Shown one piece after another: positions 23,908-37,272 of a DNA stretch of 64,000 nt. Numbering within the stretch: position 1 is the first letter of the stretch; each line of letters starts with the position of its first letter. The DNA is from Balanoglossus misakiensis (lineage: Eukaryota; Animalia; Hemichordata): NCBI GenBank assembly GCA_040954595.2, contig CM082593.2, positions 10,177,200-10,241,199 on the forward strand, written 5' to 3'. The notes under the pieces are model-generated. The model saw only the letters and a program-made list of their open reading frames with translations. It had not been told where the DNA came from and searched no databases. The translations under genes were made by a program, and so were the position numbers.

Positions 23908-26900
23908 ACCACACACAACTTCCACCCTGCTTGTAGCCACGAGAGTGAAAAAACCTCACCAATATGAACAATCGGTCTCTATCATTTATTCATTTTGGGC
24001 GAGTTCTTATGCTCATATCATTCAAGCGGGATGGAAATTGTGTATGGTTGAACATTCATTCACTACATATACATATGTACATTAATATAAAATGTCTCTT
24101 GTATCAAACATAATGGAAAAAAGGGCAGCAAGAGAGAGACTTTGTCCCTTTAATAGAAATGTGCATGTAATATTTTATTCAAACCATCACTTCTGTCTTG
24201 AACAATCTTTCCTTAATAGAGTGGTGTACTGATTAGAGAGATGTCTTATTGACAGGTTTCACTGTATTACCAACATTTTCAGTTCCATAATCCTTCAGTG
24301 TTTGCCAGAGAATTTGACAGCAGTCAAAAACTTTCTCTGCCATACTCACAATAAGAGAAAGCTTGCACCTGTGTTTTACTGTTAAATTACCATACCACAA
24401 AAAAACAGGTTGTTTTTGCGAGCAATAAATTTTTCGCAAAATATGCGAGAATCAACAAACGTGAAAATAAAAAGTCGCGTAAAATGTTTTTCGGAGATAA
24501 AGATGCAATGAAATACGAGAATGTGAAAATTAATCCTCGCGTAACAGTTTGGTCTTTTAATGTCGCGAAAAATTTCCTTTCATGAAAATAATCTGTTTTA
24601 CAGTCCGGTAATATTGAAGGTCAGAATGCTTTTGATGAGAGAACAATACACCAGTTGCAAAGTATCTTGACAAACATGAAATGATTGAATTCTCCGAAGA
24701 AGATATAATCTCGCAGTTGGTGTGTTGTTTCCTCATCAAAAGCATTCTGACCTTCAATATTATTCTGTTGAGCTATACATGCAATCTAGTCTATATATGT
24801 TCAGAGGTGATTATATCATCCATAATAGATCCTAAATACTAAAAGAGCATAAAATGACTGCGACAGATACTTTGTAAGTTGTAACAGGTGGGAAATAAGA
24901 ATTTGGATAACACAGTATTTTGGCTATTGTTGGGGAGCATGAATAAGTGATTTTGGAACCCCATGTAACACCTGTCTTACCATTAATATGACTGCATTGA
25001 TGGTACCATGAGGAATGCTAGTAAAATGACTGGGGAACCCTGGTTACATTACCCTGATCATCACTATGGTTCAGTCCAAAAGCATTGTTTTCTATGTTAA
25101 GGTTGGACCTCTGAAGAGGAAATTGGGGTGGAAGGGTAAGAAAAAACACTGACTGACAATACTGCCAATAACGAAATATTGTTTTTCTCTTCTCTTTGCA
25201 TACAGCACACAAGAACAGAAACCTTGTATATTGATCTGCAACTCTCCTCCACATCCCTTGCCAAGTCAAGATAGTATTAATTACAGTGGATTTACTGCAG
25301 ATCAATTGACTGCCATGTTGGGTAAGGTAAGCGATGTAAAACATTTCATACAACACTGCCTACTAACAATAGTCATATCAATCTGACAAGGGAAGATGAA
25401 AACAAAACATCTTTTCAAACTAGCTTACTGTGCGGACCAATTTCATTAAGCCCCATTTAACAGGAATTCTGGTTTTATAATTAACTTTGATTGATTGACA
25501 TGTGTTTTACATCTAAATGCATCGCTTTGGGAACATTTTCTAGTATGTATGAGATTATTAAATTGAACTTGTATATTTGCTGAGGGCAACTAAATTTTCA
25601 GTAAAGATGAGGAATGCTCAATGTTTTGATTGTCTTCAAAATGATGACAACAACTCAAGTCTCAAAAACTCTTTGTTTTGAATTTTGAATTGTTTTTGTT
25701 GCATCAGTAACGACTTCACATGTGGATGCCATATTTGATTCTTAGCAAATGTTGTATTTTGACAGAGAGGAGTCCATTCCTCAATCATATCACCCCGCAA
25801 ACGGCCTGAACTCCAAAAACTTAGCGACAAAGCGTGAAATACAGATGGTACCTATGAAGGATTATGCGGCTGATCCACACCACATGATACTTCTCAAAGG
25901 TTATCAACTTGCTGGTAGGTATATGTTGCTATGCAAATATTTGCAATCATACCATCCAGATTCTAAAGTTCACAGGTCAAATATATAACTTGTTTACGTG
26001 GCCATTTACAACCAATTCATCATTTTGTGGTTTGTTAAGATTTTCATTACTCTAAATTGGTACTTCCATAAAATGGTTGTAATATTTATTACACATCACG
26101 TATTGTTATGCGCTCCTGGTTGGCTAATACTAAATATGACAGAACTTCATGACCTCTGCACACGATCTGAGGCTTATGGAAGTTATTGTCGCGAGTGATG
26201 CAGTGTATTCTGTTGCAGTACTTTCACAAGCCAGCCTATTATTTCCCATCATGTCAATGCCTGGCCAATTAATTACACATCCTCCTGAAAATTGTTGGTA
26301 GGTGGGCAATCAATTTCCTTGGTTACATCCTGGATGAAACACTGGTACAGGTTCAAGGCAAGTTTAGTGACATTGTGTGATTCCACATCAGAATTTCACA
26401 TCAACTGTATAATCCTCCAATTTTGTGTTTCAGAAAAATCGGTGTCCAGTGGTGATACAAAAGAGGTTGCCATAGACAAACCTACAACCATAGCAACCAC
26501 TTCAGTGTCTACAACCACTACCACAACACAGCCACTGAAACCCGCATCAACAGTTACCATGTTTACAGCATCTACCTCCAGTATGACCTCAAATCCTCTC
26601 AAATCAAATGTTAGTCTCGGTTACCCAGATGCCTTTGCTTCTTCCGATGCTCTCCAGAAAAGGGTCTGGGGAAATGCTATTGAAAGCTTTGTAAAACAAA
26701 ATGGCCGATGTCAGGATTTTTATCATCGCCTGATTGGCTGAGCTGTCAGTATGACCCGGGTCACTGGCTCTCAACAATGTGTGATTTTTTGTCGTCTCTT
26801 CATATCAAGAGACCGGTACTTGTTGGTTGATGCGAAAGGCAAAAGGCGTCCTCTGTTAGCATTGTTGGAAAAATTATACGAAATATCTTTGGTAGACGAT

Positions 26901-28975
26901 TGTCGAAACTATTGCGGTGACCCGGGTCATACTGACAGCTCAGCCAATCAGGCGATGATCAAAATCCTGACATCGGCCATTTTGTTTTACAAAGCTTTCA
27001 ATAGCATTTCCCCAATTTCCCCAGACTCTTTTCTGGAGAGCATCGGAAGAAGCAAAGGCGTCTGGGTAACCGAGACAAATCAACTGTTGGAAGTTCATCC
27101 CCAGGTAAAGTCTCCAGTGTTGCTTCCCAGCCATTGTCAATTTAAGTCCGCACATAATTAGACCACCAAGTGAAGTGTGAGATATAGTAGAATATTGCCA
27201 TGTTGATCTTCACTACAAGTTAGTTAAAGTTATATAGCACTCTGTGATCAACGAGTTGAAAATACAGCATGAGTTTTCGGGGACATGTAGTCCCCTTCAT
27301 CAGATGCACACGTGGAATGAACAGAGAAACAGAGAATCATGGGGTATTCAAAGTAGGAAATATGTGCAGGACCAGGTGCATCAGAAATTTTTCCTGCAGT
27401 GGATTTTCTATCTGAGGATGGTGACTTCATGACCGAAATTTTGTGTCCGTGAGCAAGGCACTTTACTTCTCATTGCTCTGAGGAGACTCATGGCTTTGTG
27501 TAGGTGATTTGCACCTTTTCTAGTCTTTCTACTAGACATATTTTCTGTGTTTGTGATAGATGAATTACTGTCTTACAGGAAATTTTTGTGAACTTCGTGA
27601 GAACCAAAAAATGCGAATTAAAAAGTCATGTAAAAATATTTTTCAGGGATATTGGTGCAGTTAGTGAAATATGAGAATGCGAAATTTAATTGTAGAATAA
27701 CAGCTGTCTCTTAGGATTATGCGAACATTTCCTGTCACAGAAATTTTCTGTTTTACAGTATATAAATAAATCAAGTAGATCTTTTTACTGCAGATGCTAC
27801 ACCAACAATTCATCTGTTACCTGGACGACCAAGTCAAATTTGAAGTCAGTCTCCACAACAACTATCGTCCTCTCAACAGAAACTGATTCAACCAAGTCAG
27901 CCCCAGATGCAGGGCCAAGGTCAAAGGTCATCAATGCCTTTTTCCCAGCCTACCAGTTTACCAAACCAACCAGTATCCACTGTCACAGCAAACAGGACTC
28001 AACAACCCAATGTGACTGTTTCAAGTATCCCCATGAGACAATTTTGTCCACCCAGGTACAGTTGTGGTCTACCTTCTACTTTTTGATATTCAAATTAGCT
28101 GTTTCTAGTTACCCATCCTGTGAATTGAAAGCTTTTTATGACTGTATCGCATAGCCTTGTCTTACCAGTGTCTACACAGTAGACTATTTATTTTCAAAAC
28201 ACATTCAAAACTTCTGTTTTGGTTGCAAAAAAGCCACTCTGTAAATGGAAAGACTCTTTGGATAATGCCACAGACTCATTAATCAAATTCAATTTTTAAT
28301 GTGATTAATGTTGATAAGCCCTAAAACCTGATCCCTTCCAAATGTGAGTATGTGTGTTGAAAATGGGACTTTGAGAGTTGTAAGCTCAACATCGATTCAA
28401 AAATTGAAGTCATGAAGTAAAAAATGTGGTTTTGAATACTGGCCTTGATAATGCTTCATATTAACTAGGTTTGTTACCCTTTTTGGACAGGCAACTTCAC
28501 CACCAAAGATGACTTCTCAGCATGTGCCAGCTGCTGCACTGAAAGCCACAGAGGGTGTCATGCAAATGGCAAATGCTAGTCAGTTCAGTAAGATGCCACA
28601 AATTGCTGCTGTGAATTCTATCAACTCACAGCCACAGCAGAGATGGCCAGGTACAGATTCAAAGCCACAACGAGGTAGGTACAGTCAAACCTGTCTACAG
28701 TGGCCAGTCAAGGGACTTTCCTAAACTGGCATTTATAGACAGGTGGCTTCTATAGATAGGTCAGTTAATGTGCAATGTACATGTACATGAAATGAAACAA
28801 AGTTGCCACTATAATAGAGGTGGCCACAAACACAGATTTGACTGTCATATATGTTATGTTGCCATGGCAGTCATTTACCATTAGTTTGAATATACTTTGC
28901 CAAAACCTGAGGAAAAAATATTCAAGTTCCCCTTTTCGTATTCCCCTATCAATGGTATAATACAACAGTGTCATG
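23908..28975 (+). repeat. Tandem segmental duplication, copy 2 (MED25 exons 25206-25326, 25766-25914, 26434-27104, 27794-28055, 28491-28674)
   Basis: Collinear with 8121-10147 plus 21277-23907. Lacks the EnSpm and HINE insertions and carries its own MITE. Confidence 0.9.
26612..27078. mobile_element. Foldback MITE with TAG...(C[T>A]A) termini and 9-bp TSD (AcademH-like), inserted in a MED25 exon
   Basis: ~150-bp arms TAGTCTCGGTTACCCAGA... / ...TCTGGGTAACCGAGACAA. Flanks ATCAAATGT / ATCAACTGT; the empty site ATCAACTGT lies at ~22414. Confidence 0.75.
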
Positions 28976-29155
28976 GTAAAATTTTGTGACATTTTTGCTA
29001 ACTGCTAAAGCCCAAGTAACATTGTTTTTTTCAGTATTTTTCAGCGAAGGAATTAACCCTAGTTTCTTGTTCTGCTATGGATAGCTTTATGAAATGTTCA
29101 GTCTTTAGCTTCTATACAAAACTTGTACATGAGTAATGGCCATTGTGAATATTAA

Positions 29156-30351
29156 CCCTTACGCTGTCGAGTCCGTAGCAGAGCGCCCGATTTCCGGTGT
29201 GGGTAGAAGTCAAACGTTGGCGAGTGATGAATGACCTAATCGGTATGGATCGATATGATTCACCGACCCGCTGGAGTCTCTAGGCGTTTGCGTGCGCTTC
29301 GCTATAACGGGTTGACTTTGAACTACCGTTTTGAGGGCAATATCTGTTAGGACAGGAAAGTCTCGACAGGGTTCTTTGCCTTGAACTACAAAGAGCACAC
29401 TATCCTAAGAGGCACATTCCGCCGGTCATTCCCGACCCTGTGGAGACCGTTTTTTTGCGTCCGTCAAAAACGTACTTGGCATCGATGCATTGTTTACTAT
29501 AACAGACGGTTCCACAACGACAAAGGGTATCGACCTTTTCGATGGCCAGCGGTGTCGGATGCACTCGTGGGTAGCACTGTTTGGGAAAGTGCGTTTTGGG
29601 ATCGACTCGGGAAACATGACGAAATGGTGCAATGGGGCCCGCAGAGCTTGCGGGATACCTATGACTGTGTCGGTACAACCCTGTGCCGTAAAAAATTTAT
29701 AGCGTATTAACACCGTACTGAACGTCAGTTTGCCGTGCGTAAGTAACCAACGTGTCGTTATCACAACGTCCGTGTGTGTCTCGTCTGAAGAAATGAGTCG
29801 TTATCACAACGTCCGTGTGTGTCTGGTCTGAAGAAATGAGTCGTTGTCGGGCGGCTGTAGAGTGGGACACTGTGCGCCAGTGTCTAGTCGTTCGCATTAC
29901 GTGTCGAACTAACTCGTACCCTACGGGAAAGTGGCAGGGGAAGGTGTGCCCGAACACCCCTGGCGGTACACCCTGGGTCCCCTACTGACAACTAATGGTG
30001 TCGTCGTTGTGACGTGATATGGCGTGTGCTAACACACTAACTTTATTTTCGTAAAAGTAAGCCTCGAAATGACGTTGACAGATGCTCCCCTCCCAGGGGA
30101 ACGAACCCGATGACCCCACAACTTTTACCCGGTTAATTGTTGTTTGAGGTCCCGCCAACACGGGACTGTGCCAAACTTGAGGTCTAGCACGTTCAAAAAC
30201 AGCTAAAATGACCCTCCAAAAACCCGATTTTCAGGCAAAAAGCCTGGTAATCCAGCGGGTGTAGAATGCCGGATTCTACATACACCGAAAAGGAGGCGGT
30301 CTCGTAACGACTCGGCAGCCCAACGGGTTATGACCCCCGGTAGCAAGAGGG
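29156..30351. mobile_element. GC-rich non-autonomous piggyBac-like element
   Basis: TTAA|CCCTTACGCTGTCGAGTC ... GACTCGGCAGCCCAACGGG|TTAT (30327), with a second GGG|TTAA end at 30351. Internal ~43-bp direct repeat at ~29758-29846. No recognisable protein. Confidence 0.6.
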
Positions 30352-30546
30352 TTAAATGAACTCAGACGAGAATTCATTTTTCAACAATAACAATGCTGAT
30401 CAATATATAAAACGCCTTTGTTTGAAAACCAAACTCTGAATAAATTCTTAATGTTTTACAGAGTAGAATAAAGTCTTACAGCTGATATCCAAAGTTAACA
30501 TTGAAGTTATTGACGTTTTAATACTACTGTGTTTACTTATCAGCAG

Positions 30547-30695
30547 GTATGCAGTCAACGATGCGAACAGGAGTGCAGTCAACACAACCGACAGTACCTA
30601 ATGTGAGCGACAGCAAAAATCCACCTGTCACCACTGGCACCAATGTTATTCCAACTCTGACACAGCCACAAGTACATGTACAAAACCAGTCATTG
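30547..30695 (+). pseudogene. Probable MED25 T/Q/P-rich exon
   Basis: cag|GT ATG CAG...TCA TTG|gtatgt; the phase-1 start matches the exon ending at 28674. GMQSTMRTGVQSTQPTVPNVSDSKNPPVTTG... Confidence 0.6.
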
Positions 30696-32075
30696 GTATG
30701 TTATGTTATGAGCTGAGTTATAATACCCACCTATCCCTTTTGCCTGGCAAGTGACAGTTTATCACTTTTCAGTATTTCAATGGAACTGTATTTGGATAAT
30801 TTGTTACCTAACATGACATCAGAAGATGGCAGCTTGATGTCTTAACTGAGGACATTGGATGACCAGTAGATAAAGATTTTCTTTGATATCAATGACATCA
30901 GACGCAGTTCCGTTGGCATTCAAATTTCCAGCTGACGGGGAATTTCAGCAACGTGGTGCAAATGACATCTGTGCAGATGAATACCAAGATGCTGTTGAGG
31001 CACCATGCCTGATACATATTACCTGTCTGGTGGTACTAAAGTATAAACACATCCGGAAAAAAATATTTTACGGGATACCAATTGAGACTAAAAGAATCTC
31101 ACATTCCCAAGGACCTGTGATCATATTTCTCACATGAGTTGGGGATTTTTGTCCCACACGAGCCGCAGGTTGTTATAAATCTGAGCCCAGGTGTCTTTGG
31201 TGTGAGATTCCAGTAGTCAAGAGTAGGCTTACCTTGAATAATGTAATGCTTGTAAATAATTTATAATTTCTTCTTACCCTCCAGATATGAATGTCACAGT
31301 GGTGGAAATGCGTGCCAACACTATTGTCAGAATACCCATGGTAGTTATCTCTGCGCTTGCAGACCAGGATTCTATCTGCTGGAGGATGGCTATGCATGTG
31401 GCGGTATGTAACTGTGGATATTGATCTCTTCTGTGGCTACACTGTTTGGGGATTGTATATTGCTATGGTTACAATCAGCTAAACACACATCCTGTCAGTC
31501 CATTGCACACATTTTAAAATTTGAAATCAACCGCACACTCGTACTGAACACATGTTTGTTGAAATTGTATCTCAGAATTTTTCCATTTATAATTATGCAT
31601 AATATAAACAAATTAACAAATGTGAAATTTTATCTTTGAAAATTTGTTTGCAAGGGTGAAAAAGTAATCTGTTTTTTTAAAAATCAGACAAAGTTTTGCT
31701 GACAGGGTACACGAGTTTCAGGGGATTTTGTTAAAATGAGAATGATAGAGAGTGTTAAAATTCTTAGATTCTGAGATTGCCATGGATATTGAGGACTTTG
31801 ATGTAAAAACAATTAATTGATCAAGAAATATGTGGTTAAGTATATGTGTCATCAACCTCACACTATACTATAAGACTGTCTGATATATTTATGCACAAGT
31901 ACAATGTATTTTCACTACTTATATGCATAACTCAATCAAATTAACATAATTTATCGACCTATAGCTAAATAAATTACCACAGCAAAGAATAAATATACAC
32001 TTAGAAAATTCATATAGTTTTCATCTCATTTTAAAGACATTATAAATGCTTCTCCGAGGGGTACAGTAATTTTTA

Positions 32076-32630
32076 GGGTAAGCCTAATTCAAGATTCACG
32101 TTTCAAGATTCACGTTTCACGTTCCACAGCCCAAGATTCATATTCTGATTCAGATTCTAGTCTTGTCTAATATGTTTATGCTGCCGTAACCAGGGGTGCG
32201 TACGATTGTTTATTGTCCTTGATCCCTGCCCAAGCAAGGTTCCCCAAATATTCTGTTCGATTAACGCGTGACGTCATTGTCGGGTATCTCTTCAAGTTCA
32301 GTTTCAACAACATTTTTCAAAGAGAGATGCACCCTATTTATTATTTTCTAACACATGAATGACCCTAGGCCTGAGATCGCACCATGGCCGGCAATCTTGG
32401 TATTCACAGATACTTTTAAGCGTAATTCTGATATAATTGATAGGTTTAGGTATATTTTACAACCAATAACTTAAGCAAAGGACTAATTCCTATATTCTGA
32501 ATCAAGTGAAAGTAATATTGTAGATGGCGAAAGGACGTGACAAGACTCGAATCTGAATCAGAATATGAATCTTGGGCTGTGGAACGTGAAACGTGAAACT
32601 TGAAACGTGAATCTTGAATTAGGCTTACCC
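32076..32630. mobile_element. Mutator-like MITE with 9-bp TSD
   Basis: TAATTTTTA|GGGTAAGCCTAATTCAAGATTCACG...CGTGAATCTTGAATTAGGCTTACCC|TAATTTTTA. Duplicated at 37273-37817. Confidence 0.8.
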
Positions 32631-32699
32631 TAATTTTTAATGGGTATATTCTTGATAACTCATCACCATGAATGATCATTTCAAAACTTAACAAGGCAT

Positions 32700-33004
32700 A
32701 TGGCTAAAGAGGATTCAGTGTTTGTGCACCTTCTATCTGCTATGCTGGATCTATTGACAGTTTTCAAAGGGGTTTAAAGACTCGTCTTTTTATTCAGTAC
32801 TTTCTATTTCATTCCATTGCTTTTTTGGTTAATAGGGACTGTCTTTCAGAACTCTTTGGTTTGTTTCGTGTTTTTAAGTGTAATTTATTATCCTTTAAGC
32901 TTTCACTTGTTTTCTAATTTTATTATTTTCTGTAGAAAATGCACTGAGATGTATGTGTATTATGTTTGTCAGGAAATAAATAATAATAAAATTAAAAATA
33001 ATAA
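32700..33004 (+). mobile_element. 3' end of CR1/L2-type LINE
   Basis: FSVCAP...SIDSFQRGLKTRLF-like C-terminus, T-rich 3' UTR and (TAA)n-like tail. Duplicated at ~37887-38191. Confidence 0.5.
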
Positions 33005-33648
33005 ACTATCTTTGATTTCAGATGTCAATGAATGTATGGAGAGAGCAGATCTTTGTGAAGGCCAGTGTGTGAATACAGCAGGCTCTTTTTATTGCACTTG
33101 TGTTGTGGGATATTGATTGGTCAATGGAGAGTGTACAGGTAAGACCAGCACAATATGTGGGCAACGAAAGGTCCTGTATCTGTAACTTTTGAATTTTTAT
33201 TCAATATTATTCTGGGTGTCACCCATCATTTCTTGTTCAGCTCGGTGAAGCTAGGTAAGCAATGTTGTTATTGTTTAAACATTGTATTCAAGCCTGGGTC
33301 TGGACTTGGATGCAATTTGTCAATAATAACAGTGATTGGTAACTGCATGTTTACATAACTGGCTAACTGTTAAAGAGACCAGCTGTTCTTTTTGCTGTGT
33401 GTACAGTACACATGCCATTGGCAGCTTATGGCTCAGTCAGTGTTTGCCTGTTGATTTCTCTATGTGTGTGTGTCTGTCTGTCTGTATATGTACTCCGGTG
33501 TAGACTTTTTTATTGTGTTATCCCTGAATGGGACCACTGTGTCCTTAACGCGATGTTTTACACTCAGCAGCGATAGTTTGTCTAACACGAGCCAAAATAT
33601 CCCCAACTCGTCTGAGAAATCTTATCCCAGGTCCTAAGGTTGTGAGAC

Positions 33649-34044
33649 TAATAGAATCTCACACTCCCAAGGACTTGGGATCATATTTCTCACATGTGTT
33701 GAGGATTTTCTGTCCCTAACAAGCTGCAGGCGAATGTGGGACAAGATATCCCCGCCGAGTGTGAGAAATACGATCCCAGGTCCTTGGTGTGTGAGATTAG
33801 TTTTCTCACACGGTCACAAATTAGCCAAATTCGTTAAATAAATGACTCTTGAACTGTCATCTGGTACATTGTAGATTCAGTATCGCGTCATTGGATAACA
33901 TTTAGCACATGTTGTTAAAGAACTCTTTGTCATCCAATCAGCGCTCGCATCATATACAGCTCTCGATTCAGTGAGAATGTGGGATTGATTTGTTCTCACA
34001 CTGATCCAACACTCTCAGCATGCCAGGAGTGTGAGAATCTATTA
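33649..34044. mobile_element. Non-autonomous DNA element, taAT|AGAATCTCACACT...AGTGTGAGAATCT|ATta (ISL2EU-like AT flanks)
   Basis: Terminal inverted repeats; reverse-complement copy of the 1137-1596 family. Confidence 0.6.
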
Positions 34045-36189
34045 CGAGTTTGAAATCTTAGGTGAAGAGTTTATCAATTTCACTGCCAACCCTGTAGGGC
34101 ATTCTGGGATATGTGCTCATGCCAAAGCACAAACAGCCATGACCTGACAGCTCAGTTTGTAAATCATTTCTACAAATCCACAAAGAGACTCAAAGTTTAG
34201 AAAAGTTGTGTCTGTTAGAAATATTAGAAATATTACTGTTAATACTTAATTTCAAAGCCATGTGAATTTGTTCACTTTAATAGGGAAATTTTTAAAGGAA
34301 GGGAGGATTGGTATTGACTTGAATAATTACAATGGATGTTTTTGTTCTCTATTTTCAGATGTGAATAATGAGTGTTCAGATTCTGTTTGTGCTGGAGGGT
34401 GTCTCAATGCAGAGGGTGGATTCAGCTGTAATTGTGGTGATGATGGTTTCTCTCTGAGTGCAGATCATGTCAATTGTTTAGGTAAGTTTTTTTTGAGTGG
34501 GGAGGGGATAGACCAACAATTGCTTTGCATTTCCTGCCTCAAAAGGGCGCTTACACAAGTTGTAAGTGGCAAAGATTACAGCGAGTCACCATGTAAAAAA
34601 AATAATAAATAAAAGTTATCAGGCACTTTCCAAAGTTACACATTTAGAAAAAAATGAGTTTGTTGTCTCATGTGTGATATTTTTGGCTAACAAAACACAA
34701 GCGTCTAATGTGGTTACTACATTGTTTGTTTATCAGTATACAGTACTGGTACATATAAACATATGATATGACCAAGTTATATGCCAGATGATATTTATCA
34801 AGTTTCACACAATTTTGCTCTCTTGTATATTTTTTTCAAAGCCAACTGTACATGTAATTCAGATGTATTCATTCAAACACAATGTATCATATTTGTGTTT
34901 TCAAGCTGGTTGGTCACCATGCCAACAAGCGTGTTACAACACACCAACCAGTTACCAGTGTGGTTGCAGACCAGGATTTAAGTTGCACAGAAATCAACAA
35001 ACATGTGTTGGTGAGTATCTACAATTGGGAGAAAGTAAGATGTAGGTGTTTGTGCAATGTAAGTGTCCAATACATGTACATGTATATGTGACACTGAAAT
35101 TACACATTGTACAGTCAATAATTGGTAAATGTCTATTATTCATGACACAAATCAACATACAGTCAAACCTCTGTGACTGGCCACCTCTATTAAACAGCCA
35201 CCTCTATATAGTGCCCACTTTATTCTAGTCCCTGTGTAATTTATATCTACATTAATTGACTTTTCTACCAGGTATAATGGCCACCTGTCTATAAAGGCCA
35301 GTTTAGGAAAGTCCCTTTACTAGCCATAATGGACAGGTTTGACTGCACTTGTGTTGATTTCTGTCTGTAATACGTGTAACACAATCATAAAATTTTTCAT
35401 AAAGAGGGCACACTTCCAAAATAAGGTGTCATCTCCAAGCAGACAATGTGAAAAAGGAGGCCGGTAGGTTACAGAGTACTGCTAGAGCTCATCTACTTTG
35501 TTGTATACATGATACAAGTTGCGTGTAAAACTGACCTTACAATAAAATGTGGCTGTCGAAAGTCTGTCCCAACTATAGTGTTGATACACAAGACAAAGTT
35601 TTTACTCTTTGACCAACTGGCCTCATGTTTGCGTCTTGGAAGGGCACCCTCTTTATGAAAAAGGCATATGATATCACTACAAGGAATAAATTAACATGAT
35701 AGAACATTGCTGATTAATGTCATAGATCATGATAACATGAATGCATAGCAATGTTTTGTTACAATTTGGTACATAAAGAAATGGACTACTGTGACAGTAT
35801 TGACTCTGGGCACTACGTAGATGATTCCCAGCCTCAAAATTCTGACTTGCTTCACCGTTGGAAGAAGTCAGTTTTCAGGTTAACATGTATATTTGTACAG
35901 AGTGTGGCATTAGTGAGTGGTTGCATCACATCAATGCATGACAAAAGGTCATCACTGTGTAAGACTCAGAAATAGAATTTGAATACAAATCCTATTAAAC
36001 AAAATATTCTAAAATTTACATGTTATTTTAACATGTTTACTCCTATAAAAGTGAGTGCACGTGTTTTCGAGGTCTCTTCAATTTAGAAGCCACTGTGTAG
36101 GCCTTAGTTGGTGCATGCAGCTCGTAGACTTAGAAATTAAGTTTGGTTCAACTCAAACGCTTCAAGTCCAGTTGACCATCTCACACTTC

Positions 36190-36243
36190 TGGCACTGGTG
36201 GGATTCAAACCCACGCCATCGAAACGACTGCAGGTGCCTAAAA
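36190..36243 (-). pseudogene. tRNA-Leu(TAG)-like 3' fragment
   Basis: Reverse complement TTTAGGCACCTGCAGTCGTTTCGATGGCGTGGGTTTGAATCCCACCAGTGCCA resembles the anticodon, long variable arm, T arm and acceptor of tRNA-Leu. The 5' half is not recognisable. Confidence 0.5.
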
Positions 36244-37272
36244 CCCCTTGTCTGTAGGACACAAATGCCTGACAGTGATATAACTATGTTATAATGTTAC
36301 ATCGACAATACATAAGTTTGGGGATATGTTGTCTCAAATGATCAAATTGAGACAAATTATCCCCATCTTGTTATAAATCTGAGCCCAGGTGTCTTTGGTG
36401 TGAGATTCCAGTAGTCAAGAGTAGGCTTACCTTGAATAATGTAATGCTTGTAAATAATGTATAATTTCTTCTTACCCTCCAGATATGAATGAATGTCACA
36501 GTGGTGGAAATGCGTGCCAACACTATTGTCAGAATACCCATGGTAGTTATTGCTGCGCTTGCAGACAAGGCTTCAATGTGCTGGAGGATGGCCATGCATG
36601 TGCAGGTATGTAACTGTGGATATTGATCTCTTCTGTGGCTACACTGTTTGGGGATTGCATATTGCTATGGTTACAATAAAACATGCATCCTGTCTGTCCA
36701 TTGCACACATTTTAAAATTTGAAATCAACCGCACACTCGTACTGAACACATGTTTGTTGAAATTGTATCTCAGAATTTTTCCATTTATAATTATGCATAA
36801 TATAATCAAATTAACAAATGTGAAAACTTATCTTTGAAAATTTGTTTGCAAGGGTGAAAAATTAATCTGTTGTTTTAAAAATCAGACAAAGTTTTGCTGA
36901 CAGGGTACACGAGTTTCAGGGGATTTTGTTAAAATGAGAATGATAGAGAGTGTTAAAATTCCTAGATTCTGAGATTGCCATGGATATTGAGGACTTTGAC
37001 GTAAAAACAATTAATTGATCAAGAAATATGTGGTTAAGTATATGTGTGATCAACCTCACACTATACTATAAGACTGTCTGATATATTTATGCACAAGTAC
37101 AATGTATTTTCACTACTTATATGCATAACTCAATCAAATTAACATAATTTATCGACCTATAGCTATTAAATTACCACAGCAAGGAATAAATATTCACTTA
37201 GAAAATTCATATAGTTTTCATCTCATTTTAAAGACATTATAAATGCTTCTCCGAGGGGTACAATAATTTTTA

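Larger units (their letters stand above)
31285..35010 (+). pseudogene. Calcium-binding EGF exon cluster, copy 1 (31285-31403, 33022-33138, 34359-34481, ~34897-35010)
   Basis: Phase 1-1 exons such as DVNECMERADLCEGQCVNTAGSFYCTCVVGY*, DVNNECSDSVCAGGCLNAEGGFSCNCGDDGFSLSADHVNCL and [32 protein letters not shown] 4-bp deletion in exon 1 and a TGA in exon 2. Confidence 0.88.

Noticed and set aside
26751-27161. 136-aa ORF and mirrored ORFs
   Set aside because: They lie within the foldback MITE and show no protein motif.
29381-29957. Cluster of overlapping ORFs on both strands
   Set aside because: Expected in GC-rich sequence; no recognisable domain or splice structure.
30695-31285. Functional MED25-EGF fusion protein
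   Set aside because: Phase mismatch (0 versus 1), a frameshift and a stop in the EGF exons, and no signal peptide.
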